From the NCBI RefSeq assembly GCF_000009045.1, contig NC_000964.3, forward strand, positions 2,220,001-2,252,000: 32,000 nucleotides of DNA, given 5' to 3'. The position numbers and the translations under genes are program-made. Position 1 is the first letter of the stretch. Each line of letters starts with the position of its first letter. Positions 7,505-18,452 of this stretch are shown here, piece after piece. The notes below the pieces were generated by a model. That model saw only the letters and a list, made by a program, of their open reading frames with translations, did no database searches and had not been told where the DNA came from. The DNA is from Bacillus subtilis subsp. subtilis str. 168 (GTDB taxonomy: Bacteria; Bacillota; Bacilli; Bacillales; Bacillaceae).

Positions 7505-8722
7505 ATGATCGATCCTGTTCAAACTAAGCGTCACTCAGATGAAAACCTTAAAGAATGGAAAATAAGAATCTGCTCTAATAAAGACATTTATAATCTAAAC
7601 TGGGAAGAAATCAAAGAGTTAATCAACAAGGAAACTGGTGAATCTAAAGGTGAATCAGCTTATAGAAAATGGTTCAACAACTTCATTGAAGGAGTTGAAT
7701 ACCAACGAGAAAGGTCAGATGAATCAAATAATTCTCTCCTTGAATTGGAACTGAAAAAGGTTGAAATCATGGAAGAGAGAAAAAAGCTTCAAGCTGTAAA
7801 GCATGAAATACATAAAAACACACGCGTCAAAGGCCGAACAGAGCTGCTATATGAAAATGTAACTGAAGCAATTGAGAAAGTAGGTACTCTCCCTCCCCCT
7901 TCCTTCTATCCATTAAATAAGAACGAAAGAAAAAGAGCTGCTGTTCTAGGGTTTGGAGATGAACACTTCGGGAAGCAATTTAAAAGCAACAACAATGAAT
8001 ACAACGAACAGATTTATTTGCAGCGTATGAATCAGATTCTTTCTGAAACTGTTGAGTACATTCAAAAAGAAAATTTAGATGAGCTGGTCGTGTTAAATGG
8101 TGCTGACAGTGTTGAAGGTATGGCATTGCGCGTATCGCAATTAACTGCCCTTCAGTACGGGTTTATTGACCAAGTGATAAAATACTCTAGGTACAAAGCT
8201 GAATGGCTTTTAGAACTTTCTAAGCACGTCAAAATTAAGTACATACATATCCCTTCTGCAAATCATACTGAACTAAGATTACATAATACAAATCGCTCGG
8301 AAATGCCTAAAGAAGATGTAGAGCGTATTATAGCTACTTATATCCATGACGTACTCAAAGACAATGAGCGAATTGAAGTTCCTTTATACGACGAAGGAAT
8401 TGTGGATTTTAAATTACTTGAATTTGAAATTGTCGCATGTCACGGACACCAGATTAAAAACAAAAAGAATGCCATTCGTGACATCTCACAGATGAAACGA
8501 AAATTCTACGATTACATGTACATCTCCCACTTCCACCACGGAAACATGCTCACTGTAGGTGAAGCAGCCACTCATAATATCCAAGTTATACAACTCCCTT
8601 CTGTAATGGGTTCCGATGAATACAGTGACAGCTTAATGACAGGTGCCAAAGCTGGAGCAAACCTTTCAATTTATGAGTCCGGTAAAGGTCGGATTATTCA
8701 ATACGATTACATATTAAATTAA
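7505..8722 (+). CDS. Calcineurin-like metallophosphoesterase family protein (YonJ-like by position)
   Basis: Motifs VLGFGDEHFGKQF, LNGADSVEGM, PSANHTELR, ACHGHQ and YISHFHHG match metallophosphoesterase metal-binding blocks. Confidence 0.75.
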   Translation: MIDPVQTKRHSDENLKEWKIRICSNKDIYNLNWEEIKELINKETGESKGESAYRKWFNNFIEGVEYQRERSDESNNSLLELELKKVEIMEERKKLQAVKHEIHKNTRVKGRTELLYENVTEAIEKVGTLPPPSFYPLNKNERKRAAVLGFGDEHFGKQFKSNNNEYNEQIYLQRMNQILSETVEYIQKENLDELVVLNGADSVEGMALRVSQLTALQYGFIDQVIKYSRYKAEWLLELSKHVKIKYIHIPSANHTELRLHNTNRSEMPKEDVERIIATYIHDVLKDNERIEVPLYDEGIVDFKLLEFEIVACHGHQIKNKKNAIRDISQMKRKFYDYMYISHFHHGNMLTVGEAATHNIQVIQLPSVMGSDEYSDSLMTGAKAGANLSIYESGKGRIIQYDYILN

Positions 8723-8751
8723 AGAAGGCTCCTATTAGGCCTTCTTTAATT
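8717..8751. terminator. Bidirectional intrinsic terminator between convergent genes
   Basis: AATTAAAGAAGGC (8717-8729) / GCCTTCTTTAATT (8739-8751), 13 bp perfect, 9-nt loop. Confidence 0.85.
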
Positions 8752-8755
8752 AGGT

Positions 8756-9166
8756 TTATCTTGTAAATCCCTCTAAGTCTTTAACGTGAGTAGATACATC
8801 TTTTATAAAGTCAATTGTTTCAGGCGAATCATTCAAGTAATCAACTGTCAATAATTCCTTTTCTTTAATCTCACTGATGAGATTTCTAATAACATTTTGA
8901 AGCTCAGTTTTTTTATCTGTAATGAAATAATACTTAACTCGATTACCCTCACGTGAAATTCCTAATCGATCAACTGGCTGTGTAGATAATTTATTTAATA
9001 CACCTCGAAGAACTCCATTTCTATATTCACCATTCTTAACAAGTTCAGGTATCTTTTTTGCTAGTTCTTCAAGCAGCTCTTTTTCTGTAAGAGGGTGTTT
9101 TGAACCCTTTAAAATCACTGGTATATTTTTACGTACAAGATCTGATAATGTAACTTTGTTTTCCAT
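8756..9166 (-). CDS. Hypothetical small alpha-helical protein, probable moron (HARE-HTH/winged-helix-like N-terminus)
   Basis: 136-aa ORF antisense to the late operon. Sequence HPLTEKELLEELAKKIPELVKNGEYRNGVLRGVLNKLSTQ resembles a winged-helix. Own RBS (GGGGAG) upstream of the ATG at 9166. Confidence 0.75.
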   Translation of the reverse strand: MENKVTLSDLVRKNIPVILKGSKHPLTEKELLEELAKKIPELVKNGEYRNGVLRGVLNKLSTQPVDRLGISREGNRVKYYFITDKKTELQNVIRNLISEIKEKELLTVDYLNDSPETIDFIKDVSTHVKDLEGFTR

Positions 9167-9366
9167 AACGTGATCTCCCCTTTAGATATCGTAATACATA
9201 AATAGTGTAATCCACTTTTTTATCAGATGTCAACATCCAATAGTGGATTTTTAAACCTAAAGTTAAACTATTAATCTTTTTTTGATAAAACTTTAATTTT
9301 ATTTAGATTGGAGTCGCATTAATGGTTGACTGCAAAAAGGTTTATTAAAGTAATACAAAAAAACGA

Positions 9367-9885
9367 TTGAGGATGAAGAAGAAAATGACGAATGAAGACT
9401 TTAAATATCTGAATAAGCACTTAGAAACACTTGCCCAACTCAAGCAGTCTGGATACAAATGTGATAAAGAGATATCTACTGTTATTAGTAAATTACATAA
9501 ACTAATGGGACTTGCATCAAAATCAAAAGTTAATTTTTACACTTTAGGTAGCAATGTTGAAAACGAAAACATTGCTGATTATAAAATAGGCGTAGATTCT
9601 CCAAAAGGAAATAGGTTGTTAATCGTTGATCCCCGGACAGATTGTACAACAGTTTTACTTGTTAATGTTAAAGACTCCAAATTTGAAAATATTAAAAGAA
9701 GAATAGCTTCTCAGACATTCGGATATCAAGCAGACCTATTGGTTCAGATTTTAAAAGAAAAACGCCCTGACAAACTGTTGATTGATACATGTGGAATTGG
9801 TAAAGGGTTAATGGACATGGTGATTGAAAAGTTAAAAACACAAGATATCGAAATGTCTCCCAGTGGTGATTTGACCTATAGTTAA
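9367..9885 (+). CDS. Small protein resembling a stand-alone RNase H-fold/terminase-nuclease-like segment
   Basis: 172-aa ORF with [26 protein letters not shown] and [20 protein letters not shown]. The latter resembles [17 protein letters not shown] of the TerL encoded downstream. Confidence 0.6.
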
Positions 9886-9897
9886 GCACCTTTTTAG

Positions 9898-9948
9898 AAC
9901 GCCCAGCGAAGATTGCGGTACTCCCCTTCCGCTCTATTGCTGGGCGTT
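9898..9948 (+). promoter_or_regulatory. Intergenic two-tier hairpin presenting TACTCCCCTT in its loop
   Basis: AACGCCCAGC (9898-9907) / GCTGGGCGTT (9939-9948), 10 bp perfect. Inner GCGG (9915-9918) / CCGC (9929-9932). Apical loop TACTCCCCTT. Confidence 0.75.
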
Positions 9949-9987
9949 TCGTAAAATGTGTTTACATAAACTTTATGGAGGTGAAAT

Positions 9988-10908
9988 ATGTCTGCTGAAA
10001 AAATAAAATGCTCATGCTGCGGCAAAGAACAAAATGCCAATCAATATTATATATCGGAATCTCCTTTCAATTCTGCAACAGGCAAACTGTCAGTATGTAA
10101 GAGCTGTCTCCAAAATGAATTCCAAAAAGACAAAGATAACTTAAAGAATGTTCAAAACATCTTAAGAATGATTGACCGTCCTTTTGTTTACGACTTGTGG
10201 GTTTCCGCTGTTAATGAATCAGAGTCCAAGAAAAAATCAGCTGGAAATGTGTTAGGTACTTATATGAAAAATATCGGAATGAAAGATTACAAGTCAAAAA
10301 CTTGGGCAGACAGTGAGTTTGACTTTGAAGAAGAACAAGAATATACAACACAATTGTTACTAGCTAAAAGTACAGAAGATATATCTAAGGAAGACATAGA
10401 TGAATTAATGCAATTCTGGGGTCGTGGTCTTGATGTTGAAGATTATATTTGGCTTCAGAATGAGTACATTGACTTCACGAATAGGTATGAATGCGACTCT
10501 AAGGGAATGGAACTTCTTATAAATGAAATATGTTTGACTCGGCTAGATATACGCAAACGGCGTGAAAATGGTGAAAAAGTCGATCAGCAGCAAAAAACTC
10601 TTCAAGATTTACTTGGGTCAAGTAATTTAAAACCCGTTCAAGAAACTGGAGCAAGTGGAGTTGAACAAGAGTCTTTTGGCACTCTGATCAAAAAATATGA
10701 GAATGAGAGACCTATTCCTGAGCCAGAGCCTAGATGGAAAGATCCTGATAAAATCGGGAAATACATTAAGGTATTTTTCCTTGGGCATCTGTCTCGAATG
10801 CTTGGTTTGAAAAATCAATATTCAGAGGAATATTGGGAAGAAATGAATAAGCATACTGTTGAAGAACCTGTTGCAGAAGAAGAGGATCGAGAAAATGACC
10901 TCACATAA
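9988..10908 (+). CDS. Zinc-finger-containing protein adjacent to TerL, possible terminase small-subunit-like (YonG-like by position)
   Basis: 306 aa with N-terminal CSCCGKEQ...CKSC. Immediately upstream of and overlapping the large terminase gene. Confidence 0.6.
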
Positions 10909-12664
10909 AAATTTTACAACAGATCGCAACAAGCACAGTCGAGGAATCAATATTTTTAAAAAGGGAAACAACTTTAAAAAGAAATCAAAATCTGAAAGAT
11001 TAATGGATGGTATCGGCGCATGGACTTCTTTCTATAGAGCAAACCCACATCGTTTTGTAAAAGAATACTTGGGTATTACACTTAAATTGTTTCAATGTAT
11101 TTTAATTTACATGATGGTACATAACCATTATTTTATGTACCTGGCCAGTCGTGGGCAGGGTAAAACTTGGCTAACCTCTGTATACTGCTGTGTGCAAGCC
11201 ATACTCTTCCCAGGTACTAAAATAGTTATCGCATCGGGCACAAAGGGACAAGCTCGTGAAGTCATAGAGAAAATTGATGACTTACGCAAAGAATCACCTA
11301 ATTTAAGGCGAGAAATTGAAGATTTAAAAACCTCAACAAATGATGCTAAAGTGGAGTTTCATAATGGCAGCTGGATTAAAATCGTAGCCTCAAATGATGG
11401 CGCCCGCTCCAAGCGTGCAAACCTCCTTATTGTAGATGAATTCAGAATGGTTGATTTTGAAATCATCAGTAAAGTACTTCGAAAATTCCTGACAGCTCCC
11501 CGTTCTCCTAAATATCTCGAAAAAGAAGAATACGCTCACTTAAAAGAACGAAACAAAGAAATTTACTTGTCTTCCTGCTGGTACAAGGTTCATTGGTCAT
11601 TTAACAGATTCATAACTTACTACAATGCCATGATGAAAGGATCAAAATATTTTGTGTGTGGTCTCCCTTATCAGATCGCAATTAAAGAAGGTCTTTTGGA
11701 TAAAGATCAGGTTAGAGATGAAATGGCCGAAGAAGACTTTGATCCTATCGGTTGGTCTATGGAAATGGAAGCTCTCTGGTTTGGTGAATCTGAAAAAGCC
11801 TATTTTAAATTCGAAGACATTGAAAAGAACCGCAAGCTTGCTTCTCCCCTCTTCCCTCCTGACTATTACAGTCTAATCAAGGATTCCAACTTCAAATATG
11901 AAGGCAAGAAACCAGGAGAAATTAGACTGGTAAGCAATGATATCGCTGGAATGGCCGGTAAGGATAATGATGCCAGTGTTTACACTGTATTCAGACTGAT
12001 TCCAAACTCCAATGGATATGATCGTCATATTGTATACATGGAGAGCATCGTAGGTGGTCACACAGGAACTCAAGCAACAAGAATTAGACAAATATACGAA
12101 GATTATGATTGCGATTATATTGTATTAGATACTCAAAGTATCGGACTTGGTGTGTATGATGCATTATGCCAGCCTTTATATGATAAAGAACGTGCAAAAG
12201 AATATGAGCCATTTTCATGTATTAACGATGAAAGAATGGCTGCGCGTTGTACTTATCAAAATGCTGAAAAAGTAATTTATAGCATTAAAGGTAATGCACA
12301 ATTGAACAGCGAAATTGCGGTATTACTAAAAGATGGATTCAAACGAGGAAAAATCAAAATTCCTATCAACGAAAATGAAGGAAAAGAATACCTGAAAAGA
12401 TTTAAAGGCTATGAAGGGCTATCTCCTGAAGTTAAAGGAAAATTCCTTTCAAGCTATGCTCAGATTACCCTTCTAATAAATGAAATGATCAACTTAGAAG
12501 CTGAATATAGCGATAACGGACAAGTTAAGCTTAAAGAGCCAAAGAGTAAACGAAAAGACAGATATAGCTCAGTGGCTTATGGCAACTATATTGCTACTGT
12601 ATTAGAAAGACAGTTAAACAAACAAACTGAATATGACGTTGAAGATGAATTAGTCTATTTTTAA
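10895..12664 (+). CDS. yonF: Large terminase subunit (TerL)
   Basis: Walker [11 protein letters not shown], Walker [11 protein letters not shown], nuclease-domain [10 protein letters not shown]...VYTVFRL and YIVLDTQS. Start at MTSHK, overlapping the previous stop. Confidence 0.93.
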
Positions 12665-12681
12665 AAGAAATGAGGTGAAAC

Positions 12682-14202
12682 ATGGTAACCTTAAATAAAG
12701 TTGACATTGAGTCTGAAGAGTATAAGCAAATGCTGAATGACTATTCAACTTATACTTCTACATTTGCTTCCGGCTTTATCTCAAATATGTTTTCCAATGG
12801 CATTGTTACGGAAATTGAGGCCGAACAATTAAAGAATTACTTTTCTAACCCCGATGAATTTCAAGAAGAAATTGAAGATCTTGCTCAGTATTTTTACATT
12901 TCGACTGCTGAGATTCACCAATTGTTTGAATTGATTGAAGCCCTCCCTACCCTCAACTATAAAATTGACTCCTTTAATAAAGTTAAGTCTTCAGATAAGC
13001 ATATTTCCCTTTTGAATAAATCCTTACATAAGGTTAAGCACAAAAGACTTACTAGGGATCTGTTAAAACAGGTAGCTACAGCTGGTACTCTTGTTGGTAT
13101 ATGGCTTGGGGATGCTAAGAGCCCGTATCCGTTTATTTTTGATGAAATTAAATATGTATTCCCCTCCTTTAGAAGAAACGGAGACTGGGTATGTGTAGTT
13201 GACATGGAGCTGTTCACTAAGTATAAAGATGATCAAAGAAACGAATTGTTAAAAAGCCTCTCCCCTTATATTAAACAAAGCGATTATGAAAACTTCATGA
13301 AAGATCGAGAGAAATATCGGTTTAAGGAATTGCCACAAGAAAGAACTTTTCCACTACGCACAGGGACGCTAAAAAGAAATCAAGGATTGGGAACATCTTG
13401 GGTTACACCAGGTCTATATGACGTTCTCCATAAAAAGAAACTTAAAGATGTTGAAAGATCGATTGCAAATAAAATTATTAACGCTGTTGCAGTTCTAACG
13501 ATTGGAACAGATAAAGGTAATGGCGAATACACAAACATGAAGCTGCCTAAAGCAGTTAAACAAAAAATTCATGGTGGCGTTAAAACGGCTTTGGAAAAAA
13601 ACCAAAAAGATGGAGTGACTGTAGTATCAATCCCTGACTTTGCTGATATCAATTTTCCAGATGTTAAAGCAGATGGATTAGATGGAGCAAAATTTGATCA
13701 TATCAATAGCGACATTCAATCTGCTTACGGATTATCCGGCTCTCTTTTAAATGGTGATGGCGGTAACTACGCAACTTCGTCATTAAACTTGGATACATTT
13801 TATAAGCGTATTGGCGTTTTAATGGAGGATATTGAACAAGAGGTTTATCAAAAGTTATTCAACCTTGTTTTGCCTGCTGCCCAAAAAGACAATTACTATA
13901 TGAATTACGATAAAGACAAGCCGCTCACTCTTAAAGAAAAAATGGACATCTTAATTAAATTAAACGATAAGGGCTGGTCTATTAAGCACGTAGTTGACAA
14001 TTTGGCAGGAGTGTCTTGGGAAAGTTACCTTGAACAAACTCTATATGAAACTGAAGAGCTGAAACTCCAAGAAAAAATTAGACCTTATCAAACTTCATAT
14101 ACCTTCACTGGGAATGAAGTTGGCCGCCCAAATGAAGGTAATAAAAACAACGACAACACAGTGAAGTCAGCTACATCCAACGGTAATGACAATCCTATTT
14201 AA
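12682..14202 (+). CDS. yonE: Portal protein
   Basis: 506 aa, directly downstream of TerL. Contains features common in portals (ALPTLNYKI, FPSFRRNGDWVCVVDMELF, YGLSGSLLNGDGGNYATSSLNLDTFYKRIGVLMEDIEQEVYQKLF). Confidence 0.85.
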   Translation: MVTLNKVDIESEEYKQMLNDYSTYTSTFASGFISNMFSNGIVTEIEAEQLKNYFSNPDEFQEEIEDLAQYFYISTAEIHQLFELIEALPTLNYKIDSFNKVKSSDKHISLLNKSLHKVKHKRLTRDLLKQVATAGTLVGIWLGDAKSPYPFIFDEIKYVFPSFRRNGDWVCVVDMELFTKYKDDQRNELLKSLSPYIKQSDYENFMKDREKYRFKELPQERTFPLRTGTLKRNQGLGTSWVTPGLYDVLHKKKLKDVERSIANKIINAVAVLTIGTDKGNGEYTNMKLPKAVKQKIHGGVKTALEKNQKDGVTVVSIPDFADINFPDVKADGLDGAKFDHINSDIQSAYGLSGSLLNGDGGNYATSSLNLDTFYKRIGVLMEDIEQEVYQKLFNLVLPAAQKDNYYMNYDKDKPLTLKEKMDILIKLNDKGWSIKHVVDNLAGVSWESYLEQTLYETEELKLQEKIRPYQTSYTFTGNEVGRPNEGNKNNDNTVKSATSNGNDNPI

Positions 14203-14232
14203 AACTTCACTTTTGAAGGGAGGTGAAATTAT

Positions 14233-15669
14233 TTGACAAAGAAGCAAAAGAAAAAACTATGCCAACTTCAATTGAATGAGATTAAAACATCAGATGACCC
14301 AACAAAGTTGTCATGTAGCTTTGTCATTTTTGATTTCGATGTCTCTCACAATAATACAGTAATTTCTAAGGATGTTGCTCTTGAAGCTGCTTCAACAATT
14401 ATTAATAAACCGATTGTTGCAAAATATTACGAGGTTGATGAATTAAATACTTCTACAGATGCATTGGGAACTCATGAAGCTTATCTAGACACAGATAAGC
14501 ACGGAGAACTTGAAGTAAAAAGAGATACTGCCCCAATCGGTGTCTTTACATCCGAGGGATACATAACTGAAATTGAAACCCCAGATGGCAAAAAAGAAGT
14601 ATTGGCAGCAGATGCAATACTTTGGAGCTCTCGATTTAAAGATGCATGTGAACTTTTACTTGAATGGTATGGTAGAGGCATCAACATTAATACAAGTTGT
14701 GAGATCCTTTATTCAAATTACACTGTGCAAGATGGTATCGAACACCTACAGTCCCCCATCTATTTCGAAGGTCATGCAATTTTAAATTCAGAGAAACGTG
14801 GAGAGCATGACATTGTCCTCCCCGCCTATGATTCTTCCAAACTTCTAAGCTTTAATGAACTTCAACGATTTGAAAGATTAGTGGCTCAAGCAGCTACAAG
14901 ACAAAATAATGAGGAAGGTGAAAAAATGAATAAGTTTAGAAAAGTGTTTGAATTGTCTCACTCTGACGTTCGGACGCTTCTATATAGCCAATTAGATCCA
15001 ACCCTTGATAAAGAATCAGATTCATTTATTGCAGATGTATATGATACGTATTTCATCGTAAACGTGTATAGCTGGTCAGATGAAAATAGCTATGACAAAT
15101 ACTTTAAGTTCAATTACACAAGAACAGGCGATACTGTTTCAATTGATTTTGACAGTAAAACTGAGGTATTCATGACGCGCAACTGGGAGGAAGTTGTTCC
15201 TGAGCCTATTCAATCACAACTTAACCAGAAAGATGAACAAATTAAAGATTTAACGAAACAAGTAAATCAAATCAATAAGGATAAGGTAGGAATTGAACAG
15301 CAATTCAACACTGCCAGTGAAAAGCTTGTGCAATTAAATTCTGAAGTGGAACAATTGAAGCCTTATAAAGAAAAACACGAGAAAACTTTATTAGAGCAAA
15401 AACTAAGTGAGAAAAATGAATTCTATAAAGCGAAATTTGAAGCTTTAAATGCTGAGGAAAAATTCAGTACAGAAGAAGTACAAAACCTTATCCATGCTTC
15501 GGTTAAACAAGATGAAGAAGGAGAAAAAGCTGTATTACAACTTAACACAATGTTAGTTGATTTAGTTAGTGTTCCTACTGAAACAAATACAACCATTAGA
15601 GAATTTTCAAGTAAACGGGAAAATTTAATCCCTAACGATGACTCTTTTGAATCACGCTTTTCACAATAA
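14233..15669 (+). CDS. Probable head maturation protease/scaffold-like protein
   Basis: 478 aa between portal and capsid genes. Globular N-half (IINKPIVAKY...LGTHEAYLDTD) and a C-terminal coiled-coil (DEQIKDLTKQVNQINKDKVGIEQQFNTASEKLVQLNSEVEQLK) fit a protease-scaffold fusion. TTG start. Confidence 0.6.
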   Translation: MTKKQKKKLCQLQLNEIKTSDDPTKLSCSFVIFDFDVSHNNTVISKDVALEAASTIINKPIVAKYYEVDELNTSTDALGTHEAYLDTDKHGELEVKRDTAPIGVFTSEGYITEIETPDGKKEVLAADAILWSSRFKDACELLLEWYGRGININTSCEILYSNYTVQDGIEHLQSPIYFEGHAILNSEKRGEHDIVLPAYDSSKLLSFNELQRFERLVAQAATRQNNEEGEKMNKFRKVFELSHSDVRTLLYSQLDPTLDKESDSFIADVYDTYFIVNVYSWSDENSYDKYFKFNYTRTGDTVSIDFDSKTEVFMTRNWEEVVPEPIQSQLNQKDEQIKDLTKQVNQINKDKVGIEQQFNTASEKLVQLNSEVEQLKPYKEKHEKTLLEQKLSEKNEFYKAKFEALNAEEKFSTEEVQNLIHASVKQDEEGEKAVLQLNTMLVDLVSVPTETNTTIREFSSKRENLIPNDDSFESRFSQ

Positions 15670-15693
15670 ATTTTAAACTTGGAGGAATAAAAT

Positions 15694-16230
15694 ATGGCTA
15701 CAAGATTACAAAAAGCCCTTACTGAAGTAGGTAATCATACTACTGGAAACTTGAATTCTTTAAAAATCAAAACAGTTGCTCACGGTGCAAAAGTGACTGG
15801 TTCAGACATTGATAACTTTATGCTTGTTGAACTTGGTTTTGATGCTGAGGGGAACCGTACAGCTTCGAAACTATCAGATAAAACAAAAAAAGCATATTTA
15901 ATTGCATCTCCTGAAGCACGCTACCTTGGTGAATCAATGAGAGATTTTTATAACGGTGTAGGAGAACATGCTCGAATTGTTATCCTTGAGCCAGCTTATA
16001 CTCGTTTTGATGTTTCTGCATTTTCATTTAATACAGGAGTGACTGAGGTTAAACAAGGTCAAGTGGCTCACTTTGATATTGCTACTCAAAAGTATATTCT
16101 TAGTGATCCTACTTCACCTCATGAGGATTATGCTGATTCTTCTGCTAAGTTCCTAGTTGTAAATAATGAAGATGACCTTGTTTACACAATGGGACAAAAA
16201 CTTGTTCGCCTTGAAGTAATCGAGGCCTAA
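15694..16230 (+). CDS. Small head protein (possible decoration/stabilisation protein)
   Basis: 178 aa, strong RBS, between scaffold-like and capsid genes. Confidence 0.6.
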   Translation: MATRLQKALTEVGNHTTGNLNSLKIKTVAHGAKVTGSDIDNFMLVELGFDAEGNRTASKLSDKTKKAYLIASPEARYLGESMRDFYNGVGEHARIVILEPAYTRFDVSAFSFNTGVTEVKQGQVAHFDIATQKYILSDPTSPHEDYADSSAKFLVVNNEDDLVYTMGQKLVRLEVIEA

Positions 16231-16268
16231 TACATAACAAATAAATTTCAATAAAAGGAGTATTTTAA

Positions 16269-17285
16269 ATGAAATTAGATACTGTGAAAATCAAAGGCTT
16301 GTTTAGCCGTGTATTAAATAACAAAATGGACGGTACAGACAAAGCTGATATCCAAACTTACATTAAGAAAGTGTTTGGTGATGGCGGTACTACACCTGAC
16401 CCTTCCATGCTCCATCAATTTAATAACCTTGTCGTTGAACAAGCTGATGAAATTGCGAAACCAAAAGTAACACAGCTCCTCTCCCTTCTGGCCAATGTCC
16501 AACAAGAAAAACGAGGCAATATTAAAGAAATTAAAATTCCAAAAAAGAATAAAGCAAAAGTCATTTGGTCTGCTACAGGCTCTGGTGTTGATTTAGTTCG
16601 TGTTGAAGGACAAGAAACAGTTCCTGCTGTTCCGAAAACTATGTCAACAGGTTTCTATTATGAACCCCTAGATCTCGTAACAGATTCAATTGTTTACTTC
16701 AATAAATTGGTGAATGATATCGCAGATGCTAAAGTCCGTTTGTACCTCGATAAAATTCATCAATTAACTGCAAGCGCAATTACAGCTGGTAAAATCCCTG
16801 CAAAAAATGTTCAAACAGGCTCAAACCTTACTCTTCAACAATACAACAAAGTAGCTTCCGTGCTTCAACGTTATGGTGGAAAACCAATCTTCGTCGCTGA
16901 CACTCTTCTCATTGACTACTTCGCATTCCAACAAGGAACAGACTCTACGTTTAAGAACTTCTTAACAGAAGAAGTAAAAGGAGAGCTCCTTACTGCTCTA
17001 AATCCAACAACTATCGGAAGAACAACTGCTGTTAACCTCACTAACCCATTTACAGATGATACAAATAGTAAAGTCGAACTTCCTGTCAACAAAGGTTATA
17101 TGTTTGCCGGCGGCGTTTCTCAAAAACCATTTTCTGTTGTTGAGTATGGCGGACTGCGTCAATTGACAGAACAAGATATCGAAGATGAAAGAATCAAAAT
17201 GAAAATTGTTCAAGATGCTTCTGTTAACCTTCTTTTTGGAGAAGCAATCGGAATTATTGAAGAACAAGCTGCAGTATCTATCTAA
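16269..17285 (+). CDS. Major capsid protein (HK97-type order)
   Basis: 338 aa in the canonical capsid position. Sequence LDLVTDSIVYFNKLVNDIADAKVRLYLDKIHQLTASAI...MFAGGVSQKPFSVVEYGGLRQLTEQDIEDERIKMKIVQDASVNLLFGEAIGIIEE is typical. Confidence 0.75.
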   Translation: MKLDTVKIKGLFSRVLNNKMDGTDKADIQTYIKKVFGDGGTTPDPSMLHQFNNLVVEQADEIAKPKVTQLLSLLANVQQEKRGNIKEIKIPKKNKAKVIWSATGSGVDLVRVEGQETVPAVPKTMSTGFYYEPLDLVTDSIVYFNKLVNDIADAKVRLYLDKIHQLTASAITAGKIPAKNVQTGSNLTLQQYNKVASVLQRYGGKPIFVADTLLIDYFAFQQGTDSTFKNFLTEEVKGELLTALNPTTIGRTTAVNLTNPFTDDTNSKVELPVNKGYMFAGGVSQKPFSVVEYGGLRQLTEQDIEDERIKMKIVQDASVNLLFGEAIGIIEEQAAVSI

Positions 17286-17320
17286 ATCAAAATATGAGGA
17301 TTTTTTAGGAGGATGTAAAT

Positions 17321-17791
17321 TTGACTGAAAAAATTAAGTTAGCACGATACAGAAGTACGTCTTATTTTGTTGGGTATACCGGCGATGGTGGACATAAACA
17401 ATACACTTGGTCTGGTAGTAAAAATGGGAAGGCTGATATTAAAGAAGTTCCAAAAGAAGTTGTTGAATGGCTCACAATGAACAGCGTTTGTTTCGATAAA
17501 GGTGAATTAGTTATTGTTGAAGATAACGAGACAACCAAAGAGATTAAAGATTCTATTGTTGAGTCGGAGGCTTATGAAAATAACATTCATACCAAAGAAG
17601 AAATTGAAAAGATGATTAAATCGGGAAATATTGCTCAACTAAAAAATAAGCTCGATAAAATCACAGTGGATTCTGAGAAGCAATTTATTATTGACGTTGC
17701 TTCAGAATTTAGTGATGACATTGCTGCAGGCAAATTAAAAGTTTTGGCTGATTGGATGGGAGTCGCTGATCCTTCCCTTCTCTTTGACTAA
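17321..17791 (+). CDS. Phage head-associated protein with C-terminal helical tail
   Basis: 156-aa ORF, TTG start with GGAGG RBS, within the structural operon. Confidence 0.6.
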
Positions 17792-17805
17792 GAGGAGGGA
17801 TTTTT

Positions 17806-18201
17806 ATGACATCTTATGATCAAATATGGGAAACCTTTTTAAACAACTGCGAGACGTCCGATTTTGATGTTCCTCAACAAGAAGAGGACATTTATAAATC
17901 AATTCGAAATGCAATCCTTCATTTCAATAACCGGCTTAGAGACAATTTAAAAGCTGATAATTCAACTGAAACTGTTAATCGAGAATTATCTGAGGATGAT
18001 CTTCTTATTCTTGCACACTTCTTGAGATACATCTTTTTGTTAAATAAAAAGACCTTGTTTGAGAATACGTGGCAGCCCTTCACGAATGACGTGGGGATCA
18101 AGAACTTTGGTACGCAACTCAATTCACTTAAACAAAGTGTAATGGATCAGAAAGACGAAATTGAGCGCTTGATATTGAACGCTGCGGTGGATTATCTATG
18201 A
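17806..18201 (+). CDS. Head-tail connector-like protein
   Basis: 131-aa ORF with RBS (GAGGAGGG) in connector position. Confidence 0.6.
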   Translation: MTSYDQIWETFLNNCETSDFDVPQQEEDIYKSIRNAILHFNNRLRDNLKADNSTETVNRELSEDDLLILAHFLRYIFLLNKKTLFENTWQPFTNDVGIKNFGTQLNSLKQSVMDQKDEIERLILNAAVDYL

Positions 18202-18452
18202 GTACAATTAAAGTTAAATCGGCACATAAAGATGGACAAATAAAGCTTGAGGACTTAGATGTTGTTTGCAATAAACTGTGTAAAAGAAACAATTCAGTCC
18301 TCTTCAAATTGGAGAAATACCTTAATAAAAAGCTGCTAAGTGATCCTGAACTCACAGAAATCAGGGACACTATTTTAACAGTAAGTGGTGAATTAAGCAG
18401 ACTTAGGGATAACTTAGTAACAGACGGTGATTCGAATGAAGGACTACAGTAA
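18198..18452 (+). CDS. Small structural-operon protein
   Basis: 84-aa ORF, ATGA overlap with the preceding gene. Confidence 0.6.
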   Translation: MSTIKVKSAHKDGQIKLEDLDVVCNKLCKRNNSVLFKLEKYLNKKLLSDPELTEIRDTILTVSGELSRLRDNLVTDGDSNEGLQ

